A DNA stretch of 59,754 nucleotides, counting the filler. It is 6 parts of 6 records of this genome, joined end to end, with 100 filler letters (N's around TTAATTAATTAA, not from the genome) between each part and the next. Parts side by side here need not be neighbours in the genome. Positions count along the whole stretch, not along the records: positions 37,187 to 42,723 come from SRR22947725_4585; positions 42,824 to 53,584 come from SRR22947725_4587; 4 more parts are not named here. One strand, written 5' to 3'. The notes beneath the pieces were generated by a model. That model did not search any database and had not been told where the DNA came from. It was given only the letters and a program-made list of their open reading frames with translations. The position numbers and the translations under genes are program-made. This document shows, one piece after another, positions 41,201-52,619 of this stretch. Numbering within the stretch: position 1 is the stretch's first letter; every line of letters starts with the position of its first letter.

Positions 41201-42301
41201 AATGGAGTTAAGAAAGGCGAAACACTTACTGAAGAAAAACTTGAGTCGCTTGACCTTAACGACATTTTTTCTATCAGAACAGATGCAGATGGAATAAATG
41301 ATGTTATAGAAGATACAGAAAAAAGCTATAACGAATATGTTAAAGATATCAAAACTAGATTTGAAGAGAAAAAAGCAAAAATAATCAGAGGGCACGATCT
41401 TGCACCTGGGGTTATCAAAATTGTTAAAGTATATTTAGCTATAAAAAGAAGAATTCAGCCTGGTGATAAAATGGCTGGCCGACATGGTAATAAAGGTGTT
41501 ATTTCTGAGATTATGCCTGTTGAAGATATGCCATATGACGATAATGGAAACCCGGTTGATATCGTGTTAAATCCTCTTGGTGTTCCATCTAGGATGAACG
41601 TTGGACAAATTTTAGAAACTCATATGGGTGCTGCTGCAAAAGGCATTGGAGAAAAAATTGATTCCATGCTTAAAGCTAATGCAAAACCAGCTGAGCTTAA
41701 AGATTATCTTGACCAACTTTATAATAAAAATGCTATTAATAAAGAAGATATATCTTCATTTAATAATAGTGAAATTTTAGAATTGGCAAACAACTTAAAA
41801 GATGGTCTTCCAATTGCAACACCAGTTTTTGATGGCGCAAAGGAAAGCGAGGTAAAAGATTTATTGAAATTAGCTGACTTACCAGAGTCAGGTCAATTTA
41901 CTCTATATGACGGTAGAACAGGGTCTAAATTTGATAGACCTGTAACTGTAGGTTACATGTACATCATTAAACTAAACCATTTAGTTGATGACAAAATGCA
42001 TGCAAGGTCTACAGGATCATACAGTCTTGTAACACAACAGCCACTTGGCGGAAAGGCTCAGTTTGGTGGTCAGAGATTTGGGGAAATGGAAGTTTGGGCT
42101 TTGGAAGCTTATGGAGCTTCTTATACATTGCAAGAAATGCTCACAGTTAAGTCTGATGACGTAGCAGGCAGAACTAAAATGTATAAAAATATTGTTGATG
42201 GTAGTTATGAAATGGATGCAAACATCCCAGAGTCATTTAATGTTCTAAGCAAAGAAATTAAATCACTAGGTATTAACCTCGAATTAGATTCAGAAAACTA
42301 G
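38240..42301 (+). CDS. rpoB: RNA polymerase beta subunit
   Basis: [29 protein letters not shown]. Confidence 0.99.
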   Translation: MSYSYTEKKRIRKNFGTFKKVMDLPNLIETQTKSYSEFLQADVAPEARKKQGLEEVFQSLFPIKSVSGNAALEYVSYELGKNTYDVQECLIQGLSYSAPLRIKVKLVLYDRESNFKEVKDIKEGEVFMGEVPLMTSDASFVVNGTERVVVSQLHRSPGVFYDHDKGKTHSSGKVLYSARIIPYRGSWLDFEFDPKDILFSRIDRRRKIPATIMLRALDMSTEEILSEFYDDDLFTIEKDAVKLALIPERLRGETLPVDLKVKSKVYVEAGKRITARHIKELSSAKVNEITLAEEFLIGKVLSKDIFNKETGEVLFVANTEIDEVVLEALKENKVNEISCLFINELDKGPYISNTLRADPTSNRLEALVEIYRMMRPGEPPTKDSADTLFNNLFFNEERYDLSEVGRMKFNRRLKLDSEKENPHILDKEDIIEVMKGIVNIRDGHDIVDDIDHLGNRRVRSVGEMTANQFRVGLIRVERAVRERLSMAEADELGPQDLINAKPVTAAIKEFFGSSQLSQFMDQNNPLSEITHKRRVSALGPGGLTRERAGFEVRDVHPTHYGRVCPIETPEGPNIGLINSFASYSRTNQYGFIETPYRKVVNGKVTDEIMYLSAIDEAEHVIAQANVALDKNNKFVDDLVAVRHANEFELMSPDRVDLMDVSPQQVVSIAASLIPFLEHDDANRALMGSNMQRQAVPVLRAEKPLVGTGLESVVARDSGVCIVAKNSGVVESVDASRIVVRVTDKKSKSASDVYNLVKYTRSNQNTCINQRPIVQIGDTVKAGDVLADGPSVDNGELALGQNIRIAFMPWNGYNFEDSILISEKVAREDRFTSIHIQEIVCVARDTKLGSEEITADIPNVGEGSLNKLDECGIVYVGAEVVPGDILVGKITPKGETQLSPEEKLLRAIFGEKASDVKDTSQRSSSKGTVIGVEVFTRDGVEKDERTQAIEQDHLDQSKKDADDEASVVEQATKTRLCELLKGKKAIKGNGVKKGETLTEEKLESLDLNDIFSIRTDADGINDVIEDTEKSYNEYVKDIKTRFEEKKAKIIRGHDLAPGVIKIVKVYLAIKRRIQPGDKMAGRHGNKGVISEIMPVEDMPYDDNGNPVDIVLNPLGVPSRMNVGQILETHMGAAAKGIGEKIDSMLKANAKPAELKDYLDQLYNKNAINKEDISSFNNSEILELANNLKDGLPIATPVFDGAKESEVKDLLKLADLPESGQFTLYDGRTGSKFDRPVTVGYMYIIKLNHLVDDKMHARSTGSYSLVTQQPLGGKAQFGGQRFGEMEVWALEAYGASYTLQEMLTVKSDDVAGRTKMYKNIVDGSYEMDANIPESFNVLSKEIKSLGINLELDSEN

Positions 42302-42723
<422 letters not shown>

Positions 42724-42823
42724 NNNNNNNNNNNNNNNNNNNNNNNNNNNNNNNNNNNNNNNNNNNNTTAATTAATTAANNNNNNNNNNNNNNNNNNNNN
42801 NNNNNNNNNNNNNNNNNNNNNNN
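42724..42823. other. artificial contig spacer
   Basis: 44 N + TTAATTAATTAA + 44 N. Confidence 0.98.
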
Positions 42824-43778
42824 TATTGTCTTTAGTGAATTTTATAACTTCACTTAAGTTTCCAAAAGCAATGGCAACAACCGTATCAGCTGCACCATAA
42901 TAAATAGCTAATTTGTCCTCTTTATAGTCGTGCAAAGCAGCACAAGGAAAAACCACATTTGGTACGTCACCTAACATTTCATATTGTTTAGCTGGTCCTA
43001 ATAAATACGGTTGTGTTCTGAATTTTACTTTTTCGGGCGAATTTTTGTCCAACAAGGCAGTACCCATAGCATAGCGAAAACCATTACAAGTATTAATTAC
43101 CCCATGATATATCATTAGCCAACCATCATCGGTTAAAATAGGAACTGGGCCTGCCCCTATTTTAGTACATTGCCATGCGCTATCTTCAAAAGCAGTAGCT
43201 TTCATTACGCATCGATGTTCACCCCAAAATTTCATGTCTGGACTATAGCTAATATAGATATCACCAAAAGGGGTATGACCATTGTCACTTGGTCTACTTA
43301 GCATTGCATATTTACCATTTAATTTTTTTGGAAATAAAACACCGTTTCTATTAAATGGTAAAAATGCATTTTCACATTGATAAAAATTTTTGAAATCAAA
43401 TGTGTAGCCAATTCCAATTGTGGGACCATTATATCCATTACACCAAGTTATCCAATATCTATCTTCAATAAAAACAACTCTTGGGTCATATTTATATTCC
43501 GAATCAATCATTTTTGTATTTCCAGCTTGCATTAGAATAGGCTCATGATTAATTTTCCAATTAATACCATCTTTGCTGAAACCTGCAAAGATATTCATTT
43601 GAACGGCTTTGTTATCACATCTAAATACTCCAGCAAAACCATTATTGAAGGGCACTACAGCACTATTAAATATGCTATTTGAAGTCGGGATATCGTATCT
43701 GTTAATTATTGGATTTTTAGAATATCTCCATAAAACATCTTTACAATCTTTTGGTTTGTTTTGCCAAGGTATTTTCAC
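42824..43778 (-). CDS. GH130 mannoside phosphorylase (beta-1,4-mannosyl-GlcNAc phosphorylase-like), stop codon not visible
   Basis: [52 protein letters not shown]. Confidence 0.9.
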
Positions 43779-43803
43779 TTTTTTATTTGATATTAAATAT
43801 TTA

Positions 43804-45678
43804 TTATTTTATTTTTCTGACTTTATCTAGCCAAGTATACTTAAGAGTTATTGATGTTATTATAAAAACTGTTAATGCAATTATTGTTTTTGGATGATCT
43901 CTAATCACAAAATAAATTGGTAATACTATCATACTGGATTGCCAAACAATTCCTATTACACAGTTAAGCATATCTTTCCAAAAGTCAGTATTTTTTTGAA
44001 TACTCTGATCTTCATTAATCAATTCTTGGTAAACAGGTTTCCACCAACCCCACGGCCTTACAGATTTATAAAATGACTTTAAAGTTTGCATGTCAGTTGG
44101 ATCAGATAAAAAAGTTCCCAAAAATGATCCAAATAATGAAACAAAAAATATTATTGGAAATAAATATATAGCTTGTAAATTTGATAATTCATATAATAAT
44201 GTATCGCTATTAAAAGAGTCTTTAAACTGATAAAGAATAAATTGCATTGATGCAATTATTAGACCAGTTAACATACCCCAAAAATATCCCCAGCCATTAA
44301 AACGCCACCAAATCCACTTTAAAAAATTTGCTGCTACATAGCCACCAAACAATGCTGAGGTAATCCATAATGTAAGAGAGTTAATCGAATCTGCAAAGAA
44401 ACCCATAAATACTCCTAGAATAACTATTAAAAAAGATGCTATATAACTAGCATTTATATAGTGTTTCGAAGTAGCTTTTGGTTTATAATATTTTTTATAA
44501 ATATCGTTTACTAAATATGCAGGTCCTGCATTGACAAATGCTGAAAAAGTAGACATAAATGCTGCTAATAAACCTGCTAATAATAAACCTTTAAGACCTA
44601 CGGGAATATGAAAATTTATTACTTTCGGAAGTAATACTTCTAAATCAGAACCGCTTAAATTAGTACTAGAAATCATCTCAGGACTTAAAGCAACTAGAGC
44701 AATAACGACTATACCACCTATTAGTAGATATCTTGGAATAAATAATATTAAATTAGTAAAACCACTCATATATGCAGCCTCCTTAACATTTTTAGTAGAT
44801 AATATCCTTTGCATATCAAAACTTGGGGTTGGTCCAGCTACACTAGCAAAAAAACCTTTGAATAAAGTCATTCCAATTAATGCGCCAAACATCTTAAAAC
44901 CTTCGGAATCAATTAAATTGTTAAATGCTTGGTATTTTTTTGTCCAATGAGTTTCTAATTCCCAACCAAAGAATATATTTTTCCACTCTGCAGTTATAAC
45001 ATTATTTATTTCAACATCTGTTACGGAAGCAAAAGTGTATGTAGTTATTAATACCGCAGCTAATACCATCAATCCATATTGTAATACTTCAGTTGCAACA
45101 ACAGAAAACATACCTCCTTTAATAGTATAAATTGTAGTTAAAAATGTAATTATTAATGCATAAGATTGCTCAGAATTAAATAATACAAACTCAGCTATTT
45201 GCAATGATAAATCCCATGGTAGAATGATGGTTAAAAATTTACCTACTCCTTCAAAAAAATAAGCAATAAAACCAATAGCTGCAATAGTTGCAAAAATAGC
45301 TACAATCAGGTGAGATGCTTTTCCTCCGTTTTTTTCTCCAAATCTTGTTAATATCCATTCAGAGCCCGTCATAATATTGGACCTTCTTATCCATACTGCT
45401 AAAAACATCATGATAAAAATTTGATTCCATACGGGCCATAACCACATAAACATAAAACTTTTCGTTCCATACAGAAATAATATTCCGACCATCCAAGCTG
45501 TTCCAGAAACGTCGAACATTCCTGATCCATTACTTAACCCCAAGTAATACCATTTTATTGATTTTCCACCTAAAAAGTAAGAGTCTAATCCTTTAGAAGC
45601 TTTTTTTGAAACCCAAATACCTAGACCGATTGTTAAAACAATATAAATCCCAATTATTGTTATATCCAGTGTGTTCAT
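43804..45678 (-). CDS. sodium:solute symporter family sugar transporter
   Basis: [30 protein letters not shown]; many TM helices. Confidence 0.88.
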   Translation of the reverse strand: MNTLDITIIGIYIVLTIGLGIWVSKKASKGLDSYFLGGKSIKWYYLGLSNGSGMFDVSGTAWMVGILFLYGTKSFMFMWLWPVWNQIFIMMFLAVWIRRSNIMTGSEWILTRFGEKNGGKASHLIVAIFATIAAIGFIAYFFEGVGKFLTIILPWDLSLQIAEFVLFNSEQSYALIITFLTTIYTIKGGMFSVVATEVLQYGLMVLAAVLITTYTFASVTDVEINNVITAEWKNIFFGWELETHWTKKYQAFNNLIDSEGFKMFGALIGMTLFKGFFASVAGPTPSFDMQRILSTKNVKEAAYMSGFTNLILFIPRYLLIGGIVVIALVALSPEMISSTNLSGSDLEVLLPKVINFHIPVGLKGLLLAGLLAAFMSTFSAFVNAGPAYLVNDIYKKYYKPKATSKHYINASYIASFLIVILGVFMGFFADSINSLTLWITSALFGGYVAANFLKWIWWRFNGWGYFWGMLTGLIIASMQFILYQFKDSFNSDTLLYELSNLQAIYLFPIIFFVSLFGSFLGTFLSDPTDMQTLKSFYKSVRPWGWWKPVYQELINEDQSIQKNTDFWKDMLNCVIGIVWQSSMIVLPIYFVIRDHPKTIIALTVFIITSITLKYTWLDKVRKIK

Positions 45679-45855
45679 TATTGTTTTTCAGTATTTTTTT
45701 TAAATAAAACTACTAGGAGATTTATTTTAAACTAAATAAATTATATTTAGGCATGTTTAAAAAAGCTTAAAATCAAAATTAATATTTATAAATATTCGAA
45801 AAAAACCTTCAAAAATGAATAAAATTAGACGAATAACTATTGAAGTAAGATAAAA

Positions 45856-46908
45856 ATGAATTCAAGAGGATTTTATACAATAACTTTAAAGCACCATATA
45901 GTCTTTTGGACCATATATTTTTTAATTAACACTTTCAGGTGGGGTACGTATTTTGATGATTTTTTATATTCTTTTCAATCAGGTTTATTAGGATTTCCAA
46001 TACACATATTTTTATGTTATCTAAATATTTATGTGTTAATGCCTAGATTTATTTTCAAGAAAAAATATTCATTATTTATTCTGTTTCTGCTTTCTTCAAT
46101 TTTTATGATGGTCGTTGTGAAATTTAATCTGACTTACTATTTATTAAATTCTAATGTTTGGCCTGAAGGCCCTGAAATTGTAAATACTTTAACTGCTAAT
46201 TATGTAATGGATATGATGATAGGAGAACTGTATGTAATAACTTTTGTTACAGCCATAAAAATTACATCAGATTGGATAAAAGAAAACAAAAGATCGTCTG
46301 ATCTTGAAAAAGCACAACTAGAAACACAACAATTATTTTTAAGAAGTCAAGTATCTCCTCATTTTTTCTTTAACACACTTAATAATATTTATTCTCTTTC
46401 ATTAGAGGGATCAAAAAGAACTCCTAAAGTTATTCTAAAACTTTCTGAATTAATGCGATATTTAATTTACGATACTAAAAACAAGAGACAAGATCTAAAA
46501 AATGAAATTCTTTGTATTCAAAATTATTTAGAATTAGAAAAGATTAGGTATTCAAATAATCTTGAAATTAATATGAACATTATTGGACAAATTGAAGGTA
46601 AAGTTATTGCTCCAATTTTATTATTATCTTTTGTTGAAAATGCATTTAAACACGGAGCAAATAAAAGTATTGACAAAATAAAAATCGATATAGATTTTAA
46701 TATTGAAGACGATTTTCTTAACTTCAAGATAGTTAATCAAATTCCTGTAAAGCCAAATAAAAAACAAATATTTAAAAGAAATCAAGGTGGAATAGGGCTA
46801 TCTAATGTAAAAAAGAGGTTGAAATTAGGCTATAAAAAAGAAGATTATAATATGACAATTAATAATTCCAATAATCTTTTTACAGTAGAATTAAAAATTA
46901 AAGTTTGA
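45856..46908 (+). CDS. LytS/YehU-family sensor histidine kinase
   Basis: LRSQVSPHFFFNTLNNIY, VENAFKHG, GIGL.NV. Confidence 0.9.
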   Translation: MNSRGFYTITLKHHIVFWTIYFLINTFRWGTYFDDFLYSFQSGLLGFPIHIFLCYLNIYVLMPRFIFKKKYSLFILFLLSSIFMMVVVKFNLTYYLLNSNVWPEGPEIVNTLTANYVMDMMIGELYVITFVTAIKITSDWIKENKRSSDLEKAQLETQQLFLRSQVSPHFFFNTLNNIYSLSLEGSKRTPKVILKLSELMRYLIYDTKNKRQDLKNEILCIQNYLELEKIRYSNNLEINMNIIGQIEGKVIAPILLLSFVENAFKHGANKSIDKIKIDIDFNIEDDFLNFKIVNQIPVKPNKKQIFKRNQGGIGLSNVKKRLKLGYKKEDYNMTINNSNNLFTVELKIKV

Positions 46909-47621
46909 TGAGTATTAAATGTTTGATTATAGATGATGAGCCATTAGCTATTAATGTCATAAAAAACTATCTAGATGATATTAATGATATAGTTATTGTT
47001 GATACTTTTAGTAACGCGATAGATGCAATTAACTTTCTTAAAGATAATCATGTAGACTTAATCTTTTTAGATATTAATATGCCTGTTTTTGATGGGTTAA
47101 GCTTTATAAAAAGTCTAGAAAAAAAACCACTTATTGTAATTACAACTGCTTATAAAGAATATGCTGCTGAAACTTATGAATTAGATGTTACTGATTATTT
47201 AGTAAAACCTATTTCCTTTCCTAGATTAATGAAAAGCATAAATAAAGTTTTTAGTAATATTGAAAAAAATAAAAAAAATAATAGCATAACAAAAAATAAT
47301 CGCCCCTTTGTTTTTTTAAGAATCAATAAAAAGAAATTACAAAAGGTATATTTGGATGAGATTTTAGTTATTGAATCCTTGAAAGATTATTTAAAGATTT
47401 CCACTTCTACCGAAAGATTTATTATTCATCAAACTTTAAGTAGTTTTACAGAAGAATTACCTAGTGAAAAATTTATCCGCATTCATCGTTCATTTACAAT
47501 TTCTATAGATAAAATAGAATCAATTGAAGGAAATAGTATTGAAATTGACGGAGTTAGATATGTAATAGGGAGAACATATATAGATTCAGTAAAAAAAATA
47601 TTAATCAGCAATACTAATTAA
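46908..47621 (+). CDS. LytTR-family response regulator
   Basis: IIDDEPLA, FLDINMP, DYLVKP, FIRIHRS. Confidence 0.92.
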   Translation: MSIKCLIIDDEPLAINVIKNYLDDINDIVIVDTFSNAIDAINFLKDNHVDLIFLDINMPVFDGLSFIKSLEKKPLIVITTAYKEYAAETYELDVTDYLVKPISFPRLMKSINKVFSNIEKNKKNNSITKNNRPFVFLRINKKKLQKVYLDEILVIESLKDYLKISTSTERFIIHQTLSSFTEELPSEKFIRIHRSFTISIDKIESIEGNSIEIDGVRYVIGRTYIDSVKKILISNTN

Positions 47622-47806
47622 ATTGTTTTAGAGTTAAAAACTTAAAAAAAACAGATGTAAAAAGTCACAAAAGATTTTTTTCATGTATTCACAATAAGAA
47701 ATTTTAAAAAGTTAAAGTTTTATTAAATCTAAGATTTTTAACATTTCATTTAGTCTTAAAACTATTTAATTTTCATTTATTGGCTTAAAATACTTAACAA
47801 ACAAAA

Positions 47807-48787
47807 ATGAATATTTCTTTAAAATTTAACAAATTATCCTTGAAATTATTTACAGCCTTGTCTTTTTTTTCATGTGATGTAGAAGATAATGAAAGCTATC
47901 CCTTACCCCTCTTACCAACTATAACAGAATTTGTAGCAAGTAATTCTGATCTGACCAATTTGAATGCTGCACTAAGTGCTGCCGATGGTAATTTACTAAG
48001 TCTTTTAAATAATGGCAACTATACTCTCCTTGCACCGAATAATTTTGCATTCGAACTTTGGTTAGGCACTAATGGATTCAATTCAATGGATGAAGTACCT
48101 ACAGATGTACTCAAAAATATTCTACTAAACCATGTCATTACTGGTACAGTGCAATCTTCTGATCTTACTGGGGCCGGTAGTGGATACACATCAACAAATG
48201 CTACAAATACAGATGGAGATTTTCTTAATATGTATTTCTCAACTAGTAACGGTATTGTTTTTAATGGTGTTACAAATGTCCTTAATCCAGATATAGCTGC
48301 TTCAAATGGTGTTGTGCACGTAGTCGATATTTTAATAGAACTCCCGACTGTAGTAACATTTGCTTCTACAAATCCTGGTTTTGAAACTTTAGTTACAGCT
48401 CTAACAAGGGATGATCTAAGTGAGGATCTAGTTTCAATATTATCAACAACAAACGTGCCAGCCCCTTTTACACTATTTGCGCCAACAAATGAAGCATTTT
48501 CTTCATTACTTTCTGAACTTGGTTTTGAATCATTAAATGATATTGATACAGCTATTCTTGAATCAACTTTAGCTACCCATGTAGTTGCTGAGGCAAATGT
48601 TAGATTTGAAGATTTATCCAATGGTATGTTAATTACAACAATCGGAGATGATTTGAGTATTTCTGTTGGAGCCGGACCACAACTAGTAGATTTAAATAGT
48701 AGGACTGCAAATATAATAGCTGTTGATATCCAAGCATACAATGGAGTTATTCATGTCATTGACAATGTAATGTTACCGCAACTTTAG
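47807..48787 (+). CDS. tandem fasciclin (FAS1) domain protein, probable lipoprotein
   Basis: two TL(L/F)AP.N.AF ... NGV(V/I)HV.D repeats; FFSC lipobox-like signal. Confidence 0.88.
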   Translation: MNISLKFNKLSLKLFTALSFFSCDVEDNESYPLPLLPTITEFVASNSDLTNLNAALSAADGNLLSLLNNGNYTLLAPNNFAFELWLGTNGFNSMDEVPTDVLKNILLNHVITGTVQSSDLTGAGSGYTSTNATNTDGDFLNMYFSTSNGIVFNGVTNVLNPDIAASNGVVHVVDILIELPTVVTFASTNPGFETLVTALTRDDLSEDLVSILSTTNVPAPFTLFAPTNEAFSSLLSELGFESLNDIDTAILESTLATHVVAEANVRFEDLSNGMLITTIGDDLSISVGAGPQLVDLNSRTANIIAVDIQAYNGVIHVIDNVMLPQL

Positions 48788-48865
48788 AACTAAAAGATTT
48801 TTTAAATAATTATTTTTAGTAAAAAAATCATCAATTTAAAAATTTCTATTTGTTTACAAACAAAA

Positions 48866-49576
48866 CTAAAGCATCTTTAAATTATTTACCTCTAAATCTG
48901 TAAGGTTTTTCCAATGTCCCCTTGGTATGTCTTTCTTAGTTAAGTTTGCAATTTTTACACAATCAAGTTTAATGATATCATACTTGAAATGATCAAATAT
49001 CGTTCTTATAATAGTGTTTCCTGTATTTTTTATACTTAGTCCAATTTCTTTTTTCGAAGAGTTCTCTACATAACTAATTTCTTCAACTGAAATTAATTTA
49101 CCATTTATTTTAAATCCCTCTTTGATTTGTTTTAAATGCTCTGCCTTTAAATTCTTATCAAGTTCAATATAAAATAATCTAGCTACACCTTTTTTAGAGT
49201 TTGTAAATTTATTCATAATCAATTCATCATTGGTAAAAAGTAATAAACCAGTTGTATTACGACCTAATCTTCCTATGGGCTTAATTCTTGCATTAGTTGC
49301 ATTTGAAACTAAGTCCATAACTGTTTTACCCTTGGACTTACTGTCCGTAGTAGAAAATCCTTTTGGTTTATTTAAAAGCACATATGCTTTTTTTTCTGGA
49401 TAAATACGAGCCCCATCAAAACGAACTTCGTCGTCTAAATTAACTTTGTAACCCATTTCAGTTACTATCTTTCCGTTAACTTTAACACTTCCGATTGAAA
49501 TATGCATGTCAGCATCTCTTCTAGAACAAATACCTGAATTTGAGATAAATTTATTTAAACGAATTTTATTATCCAT
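48866..49576 (-). CDS. S4-domain RluB/RsuA-family pseudouridine synthase homolog lacking the catalytic Asp
   Basis: RLNKFISNSGICSRR S4 domain, LNKPKG, GRLGRNTTGLLL instead of GRLD. Confidence 0.85.
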   Translation of the reverse strand: MDNKIRLNKFISNSGICSRRDADMHISIGSVKVNGKIVTEMGYKVNLDDEVRFDGARIYPEKKAYVLLNKPKGFSTTDSKSKGKTVMDLVSNATNARIKPIGRLGRNTTGLLLFTNDELIMNKFTNSKKGVARLFYIELDKNLKAEHLKQIKEGFKINGKLISVEEISYVENSSKKEIGLSIKNTGNTIIRTIFDHFKYDIIKLDCVKIANLTKKDIPRGHWKNLTDLEVNNLKML

Positions 49577-49588
49577 GACATTTTTTTT

Positions 49589-49596
49589 CAAAGATA
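49589..49596 (-). promoter_or_regulatory. Bacteroidota -7 promoter element
   Basis: TATCTTTG matches TAnnTTTG, 12 nt upstream of ATG 49576. Confidence 0.6.
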
Positions 49597-49606
49597 TATA
49601 GATATA

Positions 49607-50524
49607 TTAAGGAAGTATTAAATAATTAAATAATAAATAAAATTTATCTAAAAATAAATCAAAGTCTATTAAAACAATGCTTAAAACACCCAATACAATA
49701 AGAAATTTCAGTAGATTATGAAGAAAGTTATAGTGTTTTTTAGAATTATATTTCCATAAAACAACCATAAATAATAATATTACAGTAATACTAAAATAAT
49801 AATAATAGTACATCATTCCAGTATCAAAACGACTAAGTAAAAAATAAACTATTGAAACAATAAACAAAGATACTGTAGATAGTAAGTATTTACTTAATTC
49901 TTCCCCATAAACAACTGGAATAGTTCTATAATTTAATGTGAAATCTCCTTTAATATTTTCTAAATCCTTTATTATTTCACGCATATAAACAACTAGAAAT
50001 AGAAATATTGCATAAATGAAAATAATTAACTCAAAGTTTTTGTAATAAATCAATATTATTAGAAATGGAATGACGGATAATAAGGAAGAAACTATATTTC
50101 CGACAAAGAGTATTCTTTTTAATTTATGTGAATAAAGCCATATTATAAATATGTATATCGAAAAAAAAAGAACAGCCCTCCAAGATACCAATGAAGAAGT
50201 ATAAATACACAAAAAATTGAGAATTATATAAAGACTTAATTTGGTTCTTTTTCTAACAACTTTATCAATTTTAGATTTTATTGGTTTATTAATAAGATCT
50301 TTTTCATAGTCGTAAAAATTATTAATAATGTAGCCAGAAGCTATTGCAATGGATGAAGATAGTATTAAAAGAAATAATTGAAAATCAAATAAAATACTAG
50401 AAATTGAGTTGTCCACAGAAATAATAAAAATGGACGTAAAATATTGAGCAATTATTATAATAAAAATATTATACAATCTAATTACTGAAAATAAACTTAT
50501 AAATTTAAAAAATATATCTTTCAT
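49607..50524 (-). CDS. UbiA-family prenyltransferase (DGGGP synthase-like)
   Basis: GYIINNFYDYEKDLINKP, REIIKDLE..GD, TIP; many TM helices. Confidence 0.82.
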   Translation of the reverse strand: MKDIFFKFISLFSVIRLYNIFIIIIAQYFTSIFIISVDNSISSILFDFQLFLLILSSSIAIASGYIINNFYDYEKDLINKPIKSKIDKVVRKRTKLSLYIILNFLCIYTSSLVSWRAVLFFSIYIFIIWLYSHKLKRILFVGNIVSSLLSVIPFLIILIYYKNFELIIFIYAIFLFLVVYMREIIKDLENIKGDFTLNYRTIPVVYGEELSKYLLSTVSLFIVSIVYFLLSRFDTGMMYYYYYFSITVILLFMVVLWKYNSKKHYNFLHNLLKFLIVLGVLSIVLIDFDLFLDKFYLLFNYLILP

Positions 50525-50546
50525 GATATATCAATAGAGTTAATCT

Positions 50547-51476
50547 CTAGAAATTATAAACAACTTCAATTTTATGCCCAGCAAGATCTTTTTTTGCTTT
50601 TTCAATATCTTTAGTAAAACCTAAAATATAGCCTCCACCACCAGAACCACAGAGTTTTAAAAAGTAAGAGTCATTATCAATTCCTTGTTGCCATAAAGAA
50701 TGGTATTTATTTGGAATCATTGGCTTAAAATTATCGAAAACGACTTTGGATAATTTTTTCGTGTTTTGAAATAAGGAACTTAGATTACCATTTAAAAAAT
50801 CTTCAACGCAATTGTTTGTGTATTTGATGAATTTAACATTTAACATTTTTCTAAAACCATCTTTTTTCATTTTTTCCATAAAAATATTAATCATAGGCGC
50901 AGTAGTACTTACCTCTCCACTGTCTAATAAAAATACAGCTCCTTCTCCAATTCTTTCTTGAGACGGTATACCCGTTACTTTAATATCATTTTTAGAGTTT
51001 ATAAGAATTGGGATGCTTAAATAACTGTTTAAAGGGTCTAAACCAGAAGATTTACCATGAAAAAAAGACTCCATAGTGGAAAACACCTCTTTTAATTTTA
51101 AAAGCTTTTCTCTTGTTAAATTTTCTAAGACAGTTATTTTATCAATTGCATAATAATCATAAATAGCAGCTACTAACGCTCCACTACTACCAACTCCGTA
51201 ACCCTCAGGGATAGAAGAATCAAAATACATTCCCAATTTTAAATCACTATGAAATTTATCTAAATTAAAATTTACTAAAGGACTATTTAACTTTTTTAAA
51301 TAGTCATAGAACTTAAATAACTTAGTGTTTGAATCTTTAGCTAAAGAAGTGTTTATATCAATTATTTTAAGAGCTCCATTGTAAAAGTTATATGGAATAG
51401 ACAAACCCTTTGAATCTTTTATTATACCATATTCTCCGAACAATAGTATTTTAGAATAAAACAATGGCCCTTTCAT
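50547..51476 (-). CDS. mvk: mevalonate kinase (GHMP kinase)
   Basis: KILLFGEY, IPEGYGVGSSGA, HGKSSGLD, KLCGSGGGG. Confidence 0.85.
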   Translation of the reverse strand: MKGPLFYSKILLFGEYGIIKDSKGLSIPYNFYNGALKIIDINTSLAKDSNTKLFKFYDYLKKLNSPLVNFNLDKFHSDLKLGMYFDSSIPEGYGVGSSGALVAAIYDYYAIDKITVLENLTREKLLKLKEVFSTMESFFHGKSSGLDPLNSYLSIPILINSKNDIKVTGIPSQERIGEGAVFLLDSGEVSTTAPMINIFMEKMKKDGFRKMLNVKFIKYTNNCVEDFLNGNLSSLFQNTKKLSKVVFDNFKPMIPNKYHSLWQQGIDNDSYFLKLCGSGGGGYILGFTKDIEKAKKDLAGHKIEVVYNF

Positions 51477-51497
51477 AATAATTTTAATTAGCCAAAT

Positions 51498-52580
51498 TTA
51501 CAATTGTTTAGCACCAAAACCAACACAATCTTTGATATATGAATTATTTTCACAATACATTTTTAATTTGCTTTCGATAAAATCGTAAACTTCATCTGAA
51601 TATTTATCGGGAAATAAAACATGAACATTTGCCCCAGCATCGAGAGTAAAACAAACAGGAATTTTATTTTTCAATCTAAATTCACGAATACTTTCAATTA
51701 TTTGTAATGTTTTATGTTTTATAAGAATATAAGATGGATTACTAGTCATCATTAAACCATGTAACATTAAAGCCTCATTCTCAACAATTTTAACAAATTC
51801 ATTAGTGTCTCCATTTTTTAAAATAGTAGATAACTTATCAATATTTTCTTGTGCAATTTGAAATCTTTTATCAGCAAAAGGGTGATTATTCATAAGATTA
51901 TGACCTGCAGTACTAGAAACTGTTTTAATTCCTTTATCAACTAGTAATACCGCATCATGATAAGTATTGAAAACATCATCAACTTTATTTGGAAAGTCTA
52001 TAGAATATAAGTCAGAACTAGTACTAAAAGATGAATGATAACCCCATAAATTAATTCTTCCTTTCAAACTCCTACAAGCGCTGCCAGAACCAAGTCTAGC
52101 TAGAAAAGATGCCTTCATGAAAAAATATTCATCTGTAATCTTTGGATTAATAAGTTGTTCAAGTGACATGATACAAAGTGCTAATGCACTTATACCACTT
52201 GCAGATGAAGCAATCCCGCTACTGTGAGGAAATGTATTAAATGTGTTTATTTTAAATTTATAGTTTAAAATATAAGGGCAATATTTAATTATTTTATCAA
52301 AAAAAGATTGGATTTTAGGTTTGAAATCTTCTTTGAGTTTATCATCATAATAAATATCAAAATCTATTAATTCTGAGCTATTTGTTTTCTTAACAAATTC
52401 AAGTTTTGTACTTGTTAAACATTTATTTAATGTAAAACTAATAGAAGTATTTTTAGGTATTTGAACATCTGATTTGCCCCAGTATTTTACTAAAGCAATA
52501 TTACTTGGGGATTCCCAATGAGAACTACCATTTAATGGAGTTTCACAATTATCATTGTAAATAAAATCTTCTTTTTTCAT
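51498..52580 (-). CDS. mvaD: diphosphomevalonate decarboxylase
   Basis: SNIALVKYWGK, GIASSAS, GSGSACRS, TLDAGANVH. Confidence 0.9.
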   Translation of the reverse strand: MKKEDFIYNDNCETPLNGSSHWESPSNIALVKYWGKSDVQIPKNTSISFTLNKCLTSTKLEFVKKTNSSELIDFDIYYDDKLKEDFKPKIQSFFDKIIKYCPYILNYKFKINTFNTFPHSSGIASSASGISALALCIMSLEQLINPKITDEYFFMKASFLARLGSGSACRSLKGRINLWGYHSSFSTSSDLYSIDFPNKVDDVFNTYHDAVLLVDKGIKTVSSTAGHNLMNNHPFADKRFQIAQENIDKLSTILKNGDTNEFVKIVENEALMLHGLMMTSNPSYILIKHKTLQIIESIREFRLKNKIPVCFTLDAGANVHVLFPDKYSDEVYDFIESKLKMYCENNSYIKDCVGFGAKQL

Positions 52581-52594
52581 TTAGCTAATTAATA

Positions 52595-52602
52595 CAAATA
52601 TA
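52595..52602 (-). promoter_or_regulatory. Bacteroidota -7 promoter element
   Basis: TATATTTG matches TAnnTTTG upstream of mvaD. Confidence 0.6.
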
Positions 52603-52619
52603 GTAAGTTAAAATTATTA

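Noticed and set aside
48019..48741. 240-aa antisense ORF opposite the fasciclin gene
   Set aside because: Shadow of the sense gene's codon bias; no motif or independent start signal
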